The notes under the pieces were generated by a model. It searched no databases and was not told the origin of the DNA. It saw nothing but the letters and a program-made list of their open reading frames with translations. A DNA stretch of 63,382 bases, filler included, from Perkinsus chesapeaki ATCC PRA-425 (taxonomy: Eukaryota; Protista; Perkinsozoa): assembly GCA_013115145.1 (NCBI GenBank). It is 4 parts of 4 records of this genome, joined end to end, with 100 filler letters (N's around TTAATTAATTAA, not from the genome) between each part and the next. Parts side by side here need not be neighbours in the genome. Positions count along the whole stretch, not along the records: positions 1 to 11,603 come from JAAPAO010000842.1; positions 11,704 to 36,926 come from JAAPAO010000530.1; 2 more parts are not named here. One strand, given 5' to 3'. Positions 1-13,370 of the stretch are shown one piece after another (position 1 is the stretch's first letter; each line of letters starts with the position of its first letter). The translations under genes and the position numbers were made by a program.

Positions 1-24
1 GACGGTCACCAATCGGTGCTCCAA

Positions 25-96
25 GGGTGTGTAGCTCAGTGGTAGAGCGGCTGACTGCAGATCAGCAGGTCCTGGGTTCAAATCCAGGCGCGCCCT
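25..96 (+). tRNA. tRNA-Cys (GCA)
   Basis: Full cloverleaf: acceptor GGGTGTG/CGCGCCC, D arm GCTC..GAGC, anticodon stem GCTGA/TCAGC with loop CTGCAGA, T arm GGTTCAAATCC, discriminator U. Confidence 0.97.
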
Positions 97-174
97 AGTA
101 AACCTATCGGAAAAGATTTGTGATTAGATATATCGTATTTTTACATGCTGGACGGTCACTAATCGGTGCTCCAA

Positions 175-235
175 GGGTGTGTAACTCAGTGGTAGAGCGG
201 CTGACCGCAGATCAGCAGGTCCTCGATTCAAATCC
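175..235 (+). pseudogene. Decayed tRNA-Cys copy (second unit of a 150-bp tandem duplication)
   Basis: 151-235 repeats 1-85. It has a D-stem G>A change, U33>C in the anticodon loop, a broken T stem and no 3' acceptor strand. Confidence 0.85.
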
Positions 236-1107
236 GCGAAGCGGAACGGTAGCCAAGGTGTTAGACACGGTAAGGTGTAGGTGCCAATGTATGAAACTGT
301 TTCATAAAACAGCCTGTTTGATTGAAACAGGTAACCTGTTAAGTTCTTTTGAATGAGCTTGCGAAGAGACATCTTTGCGTTGATATAAGACTCATCATCC
401 TGGAAGTTTCATGTTCTTAGTCGCTGAAATGATAAAATCATAACATTTTTCCGTTTTGGACTATCAAAATCGCACACACTGTATGCCATCATGTAACACA
501 CACAACTACGCCTTTGTGTGCCAGGATAAGGTATAGTTTGTAACGCATCATGTGCGAGTCAGATAGCTTCGTGCGAGTCATCATTGACTCATGCGTGGTG
601 TTTTTTTGTCTGATCCCCTTTACCAACAATCAAAATAGGTAATCCTATATACAGGAACGAAAAATGTGTGCGCAATCAGCTGTTACTACCCGTGTTATCG
701 CGCTGTGCCTCTTTGAGTTGCATGACTAAGTCGCGAACATCTTTGTGTGTGTATCGCACTTTCGACAGTAGGGCATCTGCTAAGAGGCGCTAAGGCAAGC
801 GCTAACAACGCCTAGTTTCGAAGATGTAGGAATGCCCTACCCAGACCCCCCACGGGATGCTCAGCAGCGGAGTTGTATTAGGTGCTGTAACGAAGCCGAG
901 CGTCCCCGACTCACACCTTACTCGCGTTGGCTTCTAGAACCTGCCTTGAACGACGCGGTTCGAAGACACTTCGTCCAGGCTTGTTCTTAGGCTTTCGGCT
1001 GGGTGTACCTGAAGTGAAGCATTGCTTAGCGTCCTTCACACAATGTATGACGGTTCCGCTTGCTGCTCTTGCGCCGATTCGGTTCCGCTCTATTTTGTGC
1101 TCGGCCG

Positions 1108-4100
1108 TCACTTTCTTCGATCCGCATTTCCGGTGAAGAAGCGTCTAAGAGTTTCCAAAAATGTACAGGGGGTATCTCTCATTGCGGCGAGAGGCTCTTC
1201 GTATATCTGAAGTTTTGACTTGCCTGTCTCAGGATATTCTCGTTCTTCATTGATCGCATCGTTTGCGTTGGAGAAGGCTACAGTACGAGGTAACCTACAG
1301 ATGCAGATCTTCGGGCATCGACTGGAGCGCCAGGAGCATGTTCTTCTACATAGTCGCAGTCGGTCCCACTGTTATTAGATCACAGTCGTCAGGATGCCAT
1401 TGTCCCATGTCCGCGACCTGAAGGACACCGTGTTATTCACTCAGGCATCGCGCACTGTTATCCGACTGGCACATCCTGACTTGTACGCCCTAACTCTTCT
1501 TGCTTCGACGCCAAAAAGCACCTTGAAAAACTCCAAGAAGCCCAAGGTGTGCTAATTTCGAGCAATCTTTGTCAACTATAAAACCCTAGCAAAAGTGTTT
1601 ACTTACTCTCTGAGCCTTTCGGGTACTAGCCCCCACATTGCCTCGGCTTCAGCCTTCAACGTCTGGTGCCTTGGCGCACTGTACATTACAGTATGAAGTA
1701 CTTCTATTGATTCATTGCTTATCATCGACATGTCATCACGATAAAGGCAACGTATGGCCGACAGGACCTAAGAGATGTAACAAGCTCACCGAAAAGGCAT
1801 AAGTGTAAGGTGAATAGGTTATTGACAATAGTACAGCATCTACTAGTACGACTCATACAATAGTACGGTAAGATGACACTATACATCATCTCACAATGTA
1901 AGACTCACATCTGAATCGCCTTACTTCAAGCATGACCGATGGGTCGGTCGCAGCCACCTTTGCCACGCCAATTATAATGGTGTTCACCATGGCACAGCCG
2001 AGAAGGATGTCGCGCGTCACTTGGTTTACCTGTTCACATATTCTCCTAACACAGCCACGACACGTGACCGAAGTTTCACGTATTTGAAGCGCCATGTCGC
2101 GTTTTATTGCCCCAGCACGAGCGTTGAGTCGAGCTGGTGGTTGCACTATAGTGGGTACCTTTTATCCTGTCTCACACACAATCGCTGGTAAGCACGTCTA
2201 GAACCCCAAGACCGCTCACTTGTGCTATACGTTGGACAAGGGTTACCGCAGCAAGAGGCAAACCGTCGTCTGAATAAGACTCTTCCGAAACTTCTTGATC
2301 CGGGCTACCTGGTAACGCTGCGATTTCCTGAATAAGCACGATTTAACAAAAAGGGTCACCCTCGGCATTGTCCACGGAGGATGAAGAGTCTGTGGATACA
2401 GATAGGGAATCCTGTTCGACCGCCAACTCCGCGAGTTGCTCGGCGACTGTTGATAGTAAACCTATAAGCGCGAATGAGTTCAGTTCCAACTCCAAGTAAG
2501 TTGCTTGAGATCATCGTATAGAGACAAGCAGTAGCTGTTACATCTCTGTAGGTCCGAAGAGTAGAGTAGTAGCTCGATTTCAGCGGGTCAAAAGAATACT
2601 AATTTGAGAACTACACCCTTTCGCGAGGAAACCCCTCGAAGGTTTGGCGCGCGGACGGCTCGTAAGTCACCTGGAACGGCGCTCCGTTGTACTAACTCAT
2701 CGACCAGGTTGTGGGCACGGGCAAGTTCAGACATCGCTTTTACTGCAATACAGCTCCTGGATGTCCTAAAAACGGTGAAACCGTTGAGTATTGGAGAGCA
2801 TTCAGCTTACTCTATGAGGTTTAATAACTTTGGACAAATGCCTAACAAACACAACTCCCTGGCGAGTTCTGGGTTATCTTTGGCGAAGCTCCTCGCAGCA
2901 GCCGAGGCTGCCAACTGAAGGGGGTGGCATGTTTATACCGGAGAGACGACTGCGCGAAAGCAACCGGCGCCTGTACAACGGCACGATATAATGTATGTCA
3001 CATATACTTGCCCTGTACGAAGCACACCAGTCTCCCCGCCTACTCTATGATGAGGACTCTCATCCTCTAGTGCAGCTACAATCCAATCAAGGATGCTCGA
3101 ATTAGTAGCCATGCTCCACTTGAGCTGAGTGTTATGGGCCAAGTGGGCCACAAACTGTAAAGTCTCCAGTCGGACTTTTTGCCTACAACACTGCTCCGCT
3201 ACGCATGTCCGTGATAATCGAAATTACCAATCAGCGTGTGTATTATTTCTCGCTCCCCTTTGAATCAAGTCAGAAAGAATTCCAATAATGTTGATTGCTA
3301 CTAACTTATCGGCAACATCTTCGTCATACTCCACGCCAATCTGTCTCAGACCCCAAAGACCATGACAAAGAACTGCCGGGTTCCTAGCGCCGAGAAGCTG
3401 CATAAGCGCCTCTACAACTCTCAACTTGTAGTGGGCATCTTCCAGATTCTCGCCGGTCATGCTTGACACCAGCCATGCTGCGCGGGATTGGACAGAACGG
3501 GGACCCTCGGTAGCGAGCCGAAGCACTAGGTCCAGTGCAGAGAGCTCGCTGCCATTGGAAGCCACCAGTGTACTCTGAAAGCTAGTCTCGTCGGCTAGGA
3601 GGAGAAGAAGCTCGATGGCACAGCTGCATACTGCGGGGGACCCTCTGTGTAGAAGACGGATTACCGATCGGGCATACGGTTCTCTTCTCAGTGCATTAGC
3701 GACCTCAATGTGACGTGCAAATTGAAGGAAGAAGTCGATAATGCCGAGGATAGATTCCTGCTCAACCGCGCGGTCAAGAACAAGCATCGAGTCATGAATA
3801 AGTGCTTCTTGGAAACTCAGCAGTTGCAATGCCGCTTCTTCGGATTTGGAGCACAGCTTGAGGAGACGAAATAACCTAGGTATAGCTCTGTAACTACCAC
3901 CGCTCAGGAAAGCTTTAACGATATGTGGATTGATGAGCCCTTTCCCGATAAGCAGTTCCCTTGAGCGCGGTGTTTCAGCCAGGCTTTGCAGAACTCCAAT
4001 AACTTCGCTAAGATCATTAGATCTGGGAGCGCCCATAATATTCCCAAGTATGTCAAGAAGCTTTTCGATGAAATTCGTATCCAAGGATTCTCTGTGATGA

Positions 4101-7100
4101 GCTATAACACTGGCAACCGCTCGTAATATCTGGTCAGTAGCGTCCACAAGGCCTCCGTTGTAGTTGAACTGTAGAATATCCAGTAGCCCATGGAGACGGG
4201 TGTGGAGGATAGACAGAACTGTTGGCAAGGAACGTGTCCGGTCCAGGACCTATGACAGGAAATCGACATGCAGTGGTGAAGCTCACTGGATAGGACCGGC
4301 TTCACGGCTGCCAGCCTTCCTTGTAACTGACCTACCGAGCATAGCTTAGTAATCAACTCATCGTCGGGCTTGTGCGACGGAATCTCCGTTGTCATCAGAA
4401 CCTGGCCTGTACATCGGACCTGACAAAACCGACAATCGATTCCCGAAGGCCTATTTTTCTCTCTAAGCTGACAAGTTCATCGTTACCATGTCGGATGCTG
4501 TATCGAAGATGCGCTCTATGATTGCTTTATGTACTTGGACTAGCTCAGAAGAATTGAGGCATCCTGGAGATGTAACCGCCGCGAGGAAAATATGCCTACA
4601 GCAATATTTCCCAGGAACTATTTGGTGCGTCAGCAACGTACATACCATGTCGAAAGAGGATCTATGCCCCATTGCGCGGATTGACATCGAAGAATAACAG
4701 TCATTGCATGCAGTGAGCCGATAGAGGAACATACAGGATTCGCGAGGCAAGGCTGCTGTGTTACGAGATACCTGAGGACTTCGACATGACTGACGGGCCC
4801 TAGTTCAATGAAACTCTCAGCTACGAGTGCAACAGCAATTTACTTCACCGCTTCATTACACTGAATGTAGTCGTTTCAAGAATTCTACCAACAGACACAC
4901 ATTGTCTCGTGATCTTCTAAGCATGCGCTGCCATCACAACCGACGCATAGACTGCATCGTTACCTTATTAGCCCAAAAATATGCTGTCTTGCAATCACAG
5001 AACAATTTATGTCCGAAATAGCGGCCACCCATCGCTCAGTGCAATCCACGAGCAAGCGAATGTGTTCAGGCATGACCTAATAAGACCACATGGCCAACAC
5101 AAGTGACCCGAGTGTGTCTAGCACACAATTATAAGCGACATAGGACAGAGGTCCGCTCGAATACATTCCGACCGACCTGAAGATCAGCTTCAGATACAAC
5201 CGTTCGCAAAAGAGACTTATAGGCATGAAACGCTTTTTCCTGCACTTCGTCGACCGCCAGGAGATGCAACACTGATAAAGCTCTGACTACACATAAGCGT
5301 GATAAATGATTCAGTTTCCGTTGAGCCTAATTGAAAGGGATTGGATTCCACCGCACGAGTTCGCTCACCGCGAGCTGCTCCAGTCTATGAACTGTCCAAC
5401 TCTGCGTCTCCGGTCCGGCATCACGAGTAAGCATGACAAGGCACTCAATAGGAGATACTTGCGACGACTAAAATATTTAGCATGCGCTAGTTCGCAGTGT
5501 GCCGTCTCACCAGTCTCTTTGGTTTCGACAGGGAGTTTTCTTTCCGTGCGCTATCCAACAAAGTGGCCTTTAAAGAGGTTGACGGGGTATCGACGAGGAT
5601 GGCACGGAAGTCAGAAGTGATTATGTCGGCATTGCCCAAGGCTAGTGACCCTGCGAGGAACATTACCATACAGCACATAGAGAGCAGTCCAATTAGAGCG
5701 CCCCCGGCGCTCTAAGAAATCGAAAGGACCAGCAGCGTATCAATCTTACTTGCAACGATCCACAATCCCATAATAGCAGTGGATCGAATATCGCGGGAAG
5801 TATCATCGGCAAGAATGAGCAAACAACGGATGATGCAGTGCTGCTGTACATTGTCGATGGAGTCACAAATCATGAGGAAACGAAGGAGGCACCTATTTGC
5901 TTCTGTGCCAGACTGCGGCTGGCTGCAGTAGTGGGAGCTCTTTGGAGTGGGGTTACCTCGAACATAGGAACTTAACCGACTCGTCGCTAACTGTCCAAGC
6001 AAGCCTGGCAATCGTCTCCATACCACCCATGGTAACCTGGTCGGGAGGTAATTGGCCTACTCCACAGATCAGGCGCTGCCCTACCACGATGTCCTCAACG
6101 TGCGGATCGAAGTACATAGACGCTACCAAACTCAACGCATTCTCTCGTGTTCGTTCGCTATCGGACCAAGTCAAAGCGACCACGTCCTCGACCTGTTAGA
6201 AAGAGGCTCTCGAGTTCCAATGTGAGCAGGTTGGTTCACAAGATTAGTGGTGAACTCCTCGGTTTCAACGAGCTCCATGAAGTATCGAAATCCCTCTCGC
6301 TGGATGTCGCAATCTTGCGGAAATCCCTGATGCAAGTATCTGCCTAAAAACTCGAGACGTTCATCGAATCCAGCAAAGACCTCACCGGGTTTACCTGCTG
6401 TCATTATGCTCATACTCGGGGCCGAGGCCAGTTAACATTCCGAAGGCAAAACTCGACAACGAGTTGCTGAATACTTGTTGAGAATCCGCGCTCTCGTCAA
6501 CATCACTCAGCAGGAGCAGATCCCGGACCCAGCTCAGCGAAGAGTTGTTATAGGTCCTGTCTCCGGCATTGGCTCCCAGGAAGGCGATGGTCCACGCTGC
6601 ATGACACCGAACCTGCGCTCTCGTAGAATGACGTAACCAGAAGACATGGAACGATGGGACGGAATTGCATTTTTCCAGAGGCTGATATATGGATGAGCAG
6701 GACGGCTGTGTGAGCTACTGGGTCAATTCTTCAGGCTAGGTAAATGACAGAACACCGATTTTGGGGAAAAGCACAAACACGGATTTTAGGGGAAAGGTTT
6801 CAAATCTCAAAAAAAACTTACAGTGACAGTTGTAGATATTGCGAGCGAGTGAACTGCGTCTGCTACTCTTGAATCAACCATAGCTTTCAGATTCATAGGA
6901 TTGCTAGACAGGTTAGCAACTGCTCCTGATAGCCACAGCAGCGTCTGAAACGTGCAATTTAATGTCACGCCCTTAAGGTGTGTAAACTCGTTTTATTCGT
7001 ACTCCGTCAACTGTCTTATGGCTTTGGGCCTCAGAAAGCGCTTCTAGAACAAAGGCCAGTGCTCCCTTGTAGACTAGCATCGACTGGGCTGTTCGGTTCA

Positions 7101-8891
7101 GGAAGAGGAAACCTAAGTAGGAAGACGGTATCATTCCAGCCAGACCTGTTAGACGGAATCAATGTGATTCTCGCAACTACAGTCCGCCGTTTCGGAACTT
7201 GATTCAATCAAAGTCCAACACGGCGGCCGTATCAGGCCAGTAATAGGCGACATGTCAACTACTTCGCCGGAATGGAGATTGCTCCCAAAGAGTATCTTAC
7301 TGATGGTGGCGCTTAGGCGAATGGCAGACTGGTTTCCCTCTTCGTCAACCCCGCATTTCGTTAGGGCCGTGTGCCATAAATTTGCAAGCCTTCCCCACTC
7401 GGGGACAAGTGCCGTAGCTCCATCTTCATAAGCCGCAAGCACGTTTGTAGCCAGACAGACTTGATTTACCACCTACACGTGTCGAATGGCTTTACCTATT
7501 AATCTATGCGGTTGATTGCGTGACGTGCAATGCCGCATTGCAATGCGTATAGAGACAATATTCTCACGCGCGCATGTACCGTAAGCGCTGTTAAAATGCA
7601 TGCGATTCCCATTTGGTGCGAAAGCCGTACGAGGCAAACGGCTATTCGAATCACCCCGAAATCAGAGCTCTCCATCAGCTTCGCTAGAATGTTCATCGTG
7701 TTCTTGAGAAAATACTCGCGGCACTTGTTATCCTCGGCCAGTGAAAGTATTGCGAAGGGTAGATATCTAAGAGAAAAGGGCTTCCAAACAATGCATTGTC
7801 ATTGGCCATTTGTTAGCTTCGGACGAACCTCCGAACAAGCAGGCTGGGACCAGTTCGTAGTTCAACGAACAAGCAACTTCAAGCAAACCGAAGCAAACAT
7901 TTACAAATACAGAGCCCAGAACATTCAAGCCCAAATATAGAGAGCTCTTCCTTAATGAACATAGGAGCTAAGTCTCGCAGCGATCTCTGTCCATCCTCAC
8001 GCACTCTTGGACATCTTCGCCACTTTTCAAGAAGCGCACAAGCAGTTCCAGCGCCTTCGGAGTGTTAGCGAAGCATTCTGCGGATGCAGCATCACATGGA
8101 CCGAGGATGTGTAAGAATCTGCAAGATAGATTGATCTCGAACAATTCCTTTGATCTTCTCTTATGTAAGCCGCCCTCGAGCTTGAATGAGCTGAGCTTTT
8201 CCAACTCACTTCGCAACAACGAGACGCTCAGTAGTATTAGGGCTTGCCAGCTCATTCGCCAAAGCCGCGATGAAGGTAGACTCTGAGATACGAATTTCTC
8301 CACCATGGCGCGCGAACCGTATACCAGTCACAAGAGATTCCCATTGAGCCTTACTAGGGTCAGAAGATGCTTTAGCTGCAGCTTTATGAGCGAATAAGGC
8401 CTGAAGCTCATCTAAATCGGCTCCGATGCCTCCGAACCCTTCCCCACTCGCAAATCTATTCAACCTACGAACATCCAATGCGCCATAGCCGACCAGTGTG
8501 ATCTCCCACCGTGCACTTCTTTTTCGAAGCAATCTCGGATTTGCACGTTTCGTTATACTCTCCGCACTGTGGGATTCAGATTCTTCCACAGCTAGTATTT
8601 CGCGCATTTCCTCCTCTGTCTCTTCCACGATGGCCTACGTGAACACGCATTAACTTAGATTGTACGCTGCGAATGCAAAGGGGACGTGAATCAGAGTCTC
8701 GCCGGCTACCATCGCCTTCCAAAAGTGCGAAAGAGTCGTATACGATGTTGTGGGCTTACGGGCATGAAAGGCTTATCTCGGCGTTTTGGACGTCTTTTGT
8801 ATTTTCTCAGCAGCCCTCCACTTTCTGACTCTGCGTCAAGGAGGCGCTCCGGTGCGGGCCGTGAGGCTTCCAAAGCCGATGATTCGCTCAT
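1108..8891 (-). CDS. Large multi-exon armadillo (ARM/HEAT)-repeat protein; possibly two genes, 3' end uncertain
   Basis: ATG at 8891 with a basic RKYKRRPKRR stretch. Co-oriented ORFs with importin-alpha-like helical repeats (VQSRAAWLVSSM, VLCHGLWGLRQI, IRSTAIMGLWIVA, VRCHAAWTIAFLG) are linked by plausible GT-AG introns. Largest exon lies in ORF 3224-4228. Confidence 0.65.
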
Positions 8892-9477
8892 AATGAAGAA
8901 GATTCACAAAAGGCCGCTTCGTTTGCTGTCCGTTGAAGCACCACTGGCGGCGGTTTCCCGGTTTTCGTAGGTTCGCGGTACATATAGCTTATTTGTTACT
9001 TCAGCCATACTTGTCCAATGAAGCTTGGCAACGCCCCTGCCAGAGCGCTACTGGACACAAGAGGTATGTGAGCAAATGATAGACAGATGCCTCTTATAGC
9101 TGTCTGTGAGAAAATAGTCCTTCGTTATGTAACACACGTGGCCTTGTTCGAGGATTGGCTCAAGGATAGTCCCAAAACTGCAGCAAAGAACTATCAACTC
9201 AACGCATGCCAGTACGGTTCAAGTTCCTCGAGGCTGCGACACTCAAAGAGGGCAGCAAATATGAGCTAAGCACACTCCGTTACTGCGAGCGATCCTGTAC
9301 GAAGAACCCTCGCCATAAAAGTTAAAAAAGTTTAAAAAGTACCTCCACTGTGCAAGTCAGTGTGGAGAGTAGCTTGGCCGTTCCATGATGAGTACAACAA
9401 ACCATGTTGACAACTAGGCAATATGACTAACAGTAGTTCAAGTTGTCAGTCGCAGTGACTAGCAACGGGCGATAGTT

Positions 9478-11520
9478 CTAACTGATAGGAAGAGGAACGA
9501 AGTCTCGTCCGACCGCATCGATGTCTTTCAAAACGTCCACTACGTCGTCGCGGGTGACAGAGTGTGGATTCGCGAAAGTCCATCTGAAAGCAGCGGCTTT
9601 CATTCATAGCGACCATTAAGCGCGAGCCTACCTGAAGAAGTTGTACTCTCCTGTGAAAGTGATCATCGATAAGCCCAGCTTTTGCATCTTCCCCTTACAA
9701 TACGGGATTACCTGAGGGATGCTAACCGTAAGAGCATAAGTAACATGCATCGGACACCAACACAACCAAGTTAGGTTCTGAGTTCGGAACCGCTGATGCA
9801 CATTTTTTAGGAAAAGTTTCTCACAAGCTCGTTCAACGCTTACTTGACTGAGTCTAAATGCCTGATCGTCAGTGAGAGGTCCGAATGAAGGTTTAATGTC
9901 CTTCAGCGAGGGTGGTATATACCTTAGTCATACGCATCATGGACACACGCAAGCTTCTGTGTTACTACCAGAAACAAACGTTAGCGTACTCGGGCTGATG
10001 GTGCAGCTCGAACCGGCCAGCAAATTGGCCCGAACTTCCACCATCAGAAATAAGTGCAGCTGCATATCTCGAAAGATCGAGTGCTGAAAGCAGTCAGAGT
10101 CAACGGATTCACTGAACACCTTGGCAGCGCCCGCGACCTACACCACTCCACTCTGGAGCGCAAAGCCTCGTCACCAATATGTTTCCAAGCTAGCCAGATC
10201 TTGAAGGCGTCTGGGCGTCTGCCACCTGGTGACAGAAGCTTCAAGTCAATAACGCCCAAGTAGCTGAGTGAAATACATTGAATAGTCCAGTCTCCTCTAT
10301 CCATGTCGCCGTGCAACTTCTCCTTTTGGAAGAGGTACGGCGCTTGAGTCCCATTGCAAGCTTGGAGCTGAGAAATCAAAACACTACACCGTTATGAGTG
10401 ATGACAACGAAGGCTACCAGCCCTTTGCCTTTTCTATGCACAATAATGCTACACTGTAGAGGCGCGCCAACCTGGCAACTGGCTTGGCTCTAGCAATATG
10501 GGCTTCAACGTACCATCTTATGTGGATTCCAACAGAATGAATCAGCCTTCTCCACACCTTTCAGCAAGCGATCTCGAGTCGCCTGCGATCCCAGCATAGC
10601 AGCGCCACCTACAGCAGAAGGATAAAGCTGTTTATAACAATAAAAGAGTGGTATTCTGACTGCAGTAGTGATAAAAAGTGCCAGGTAGAGTGCCTTACCC
10701 CACGCGCCATCGACATGCAACCACAAGCCGTACTGGTCACAGAGGCTTCTCAGAGGTGGAAGCTCATCAAACGATCCTGAAACAAATTGGCCAAGATTTC
10801 CCAGTAACATATTTGACGTCTTACCCCATACGGTTGTGCCAGCTGTAGCGCCGACGAAAAAGGGCTGCATGCCGTTAGCGAGGTCGGATTGGATTTGCTT
10901 TTCAAGTTCAGAGGGTATCATTCGACCGCGGTTGTCTATAGGAATCTAAAAGACAGCTGTACTCCAGATCGGCCTGGTGTGGCATCACGTCGAGCAACAC
11001 TAAAGCAGCTTGTTAATAAAATGTTAATGAAAGACCCATTCACATTAGATACCGAAATGCTCTCACTTCTTTCATATTCTTATCTCCGATTCCCATGAGG
11101 TGGGCGGCCTTCTTATAAGAGTAGTGTGCGGCCGCAGAGCAGTATCTTAGCGGGGTATGACATGCACGCGCAACATCGAATTCAGACTCGAAATCGCTTA
11201 CCCGACTAGGGGTTTTCCAATGGCGTACAAGCCTTCGTGCTTAGTCTCCGGGAACCTATAAAATCTCGCTAGTTGCAGCCCATAAAGGTTCGCTATTGAT
11301 CCACCAGGAACGAAGAGACCTACAAAGACGCGTGGGAGGATCTCTTCAATAATTCCCACCTTCGGAGTTGTCGGATTCAAATCCAACTAAATGTAAAGTT
11401 TTTTCGATAACGCTCGATTCGACCATCACAAAAACAGGTGCGATCTCAAACGTATATGCGCTGGTATTGCACGCCGAAGTGAGCATATCCCCAACAATAC
11501 CTGCTTGAAGCAAACCACCA
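9478..11520 (-). CDS. PLP-dependent group II decarboxylase, glutamate / cysteine-sulfinate decarboxylase-like (5' end lost in gap)
   Basis: Spliced exons give AYTFEIAPVF, PGGSIANLY, GATAGTTVWG.FD, LWLHVDGAWG, WNPHK (PLP lysine), GRRPDAFKIWLAW, NVCFW and NFFRW. Stop TAG at 9478-9480. Confidence 0.92.
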
Positions 11521-11603
11521 CTGCTGAGGGTTGTCTTGGCCGGTTCTGTTCTCTATCTGTGCCGGTAACTCTACAGTTGATGCCATAGAAAACAGGGGTT
11601 GAG

Positions 11604-11703
11604 NNNNNNNNNNNNNNNNNNNNNNNNNNNNNNNNNNNNNNNNNNNNTTAATTAATTAANNNNNNNNNNNNNNNNNNNNNNNNNNNNNNNNNNNNNNNNN
11701 NNN
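11604..11703. other. Assembly gap with TTAATTAATTAA six-frame-stop linker
   Basis: 100 nt of N flanking TTAATTAATTAA, the same design at three positions. Confidence 0.98.
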
Positions 11704-12941
11704 GGTGTCAGCTGCTACTATTGCTGGTTGTACGCATGCACCGCGCGCGAGATGTTGAAGTCACTATATCGCAGGTATTACCGCGACACTTCCAAGCCCT
11801 GGCTGGGCGACTCTTTCTAGCACTCAACAGCATTGGTAATAAGTATGACAAGTAAAGTGATTAGAAGAGGCATTAATACAGGCTAGCTCCCAGCTGATTC
11901 CGTACGCTCTATAAACTCCGGAAATGGGGCACGCGTCGCTCCGTAAGCCGGCACCGCAAAGGCCGCACAATACAAGAGCGCGCGTACTCACTGCGAACAC
12001 TAGGCTCAAGCCCGAAGCCTCCTGTCTCATGGCGATAATACATGTGTGGAGTAATGATATTATTTCAAAATATTCTAAGTTTATTTGGAGGACTGTATTA
12101 TGCTATTAATATACATGACGTTCATGTTTGCAACGAACTGCCAATAAAATACATCTCGCCTTTTCATTCCCTTTCACGGTGAAAGTTTCGCCGAATATGC
12201 ATGTACTTTAAATGGCTAGCGGATAGACTATTTCTCCACGCATCAATCTTGCAGGAGTGTGAACGGCACACACATGCGCACTACCCAAGCGAAGTATGTG
12301 TAGCGGGTGGCTATGGGCGTACGCGTACCCGCGTCTCAGCTGGCGAGGTGATACTCAAGGCTCCTGAGCTTCCGGGCATCTCTTCTATGATGATATCTGT
12401 CTTTCAACTTGGTCTTCGGACGGCACGCACTAAGGCACGGACTACCAGATAGTCTCGTATTTCGCGCCGCGCTCTACGATCCCATGCGTGCCAGCCTGGC
12501 CCTGGCACTGCCAGGGCCGCTCCTGGCAGGAAAGCCAAACAATTCTAAACGCATTGCGGGAAGAGCCACACCCAGCTTATATTATGCTGGGAATAGGAGA
12601 ACCGATCTGCAAAACTCGAAAGCTACTCATAAACTGAACCCCGTACCAGAACTGATAACCGTATCTACCCTTCATCAAGTCAAAGTTACAGTGGAGTATC
12701 GGCAACTCGGTGTTCTGCTCACTAGCGAAGCAGGCTCACAGGAGAGCGGGGTTCGGCATGAGTAACATTTATTTCGGCAGTATCGACAATTACAAGGGAT
12801 TGCGTAACGCGTTCACAAACTAAACGCAAGAAGTACTTCAACATGAGAGAACGCGACGTAAATGCCCAGGAAGAGAGAAGTTTATATGAAAAGTGGACAG
12901 ATACTATGAAACTATTCCAGATCCGTCTTCCGTTCGGTCAC

Positions 12942-13370
12942 TCACGGACTGGATTCACTATCGGACCACCTACACCAGCCTTTTCGTAGGTTAACCATGT
13001 AAGTACCATAAGCTGTACGCAAAGTATCACTAGGCTGGTTATAAGCGAAGAAGTCCACGGTATCCTCGATGTTCAGAGGGCGACAGACATTCCTGGCTCT
13101 CTCAGTGAAAGCTTGGCGAAGAAGTTGGCTACTATTGGTAAGTTCATATGTGTTCGTACCAGTAACAAATGATGCTGGGGATCGGGTCCAAATTGTAGTG
13201 CTTTCAGGTTTGCACTGAACAGCCTCTTTGACAAATGACACTGGGGTGGGCCAGTAAGACTCGATACACAATAAGTTACTCACGTTGTAGTGATAATTGC
13301 TGGACGGAGCAGCTCTTGAACACCAAGTATTAATAACAGACCAGATGTACACAAGGAAGGGTATTTTCAT
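12942..13370 (-). CDS. Small intronless secreted protein (142 aa)
   Basis: ATG ORF with an N-terminal hydrophobic signal-like segment (MKIPFLVYIWSVINTWCSRA) and several Cys. Confidence 0.75.
   Translation of the reverse strand: MKIPFLVYIWSVINTWCSRAAPSSNYHYNVSNLLCIESYWPTPVSFVKEAVQCKPESTTIWTRSPASFVTGTNTYELTNSSQLLRQAFTERARNVCRPLNIEDTVDFFAYNQPSDTLRTAYGTYMVNLRKGWCRWSDSESSP

Noticed and set aside
9155-9164. TTGGCTCAAG, matching the SL 3' end
   Set aside because: Only 10 nt with no upstream match, which is plausible by chance in 63 kb on two strands.
11604-11703. TTAATTAATTAA palindrome inside N runs (also 36927-37026 and 56356-56455)
   Set aside because: Identical 100-nt design three times. It is an assembly linker with stops in all frames, not biology.
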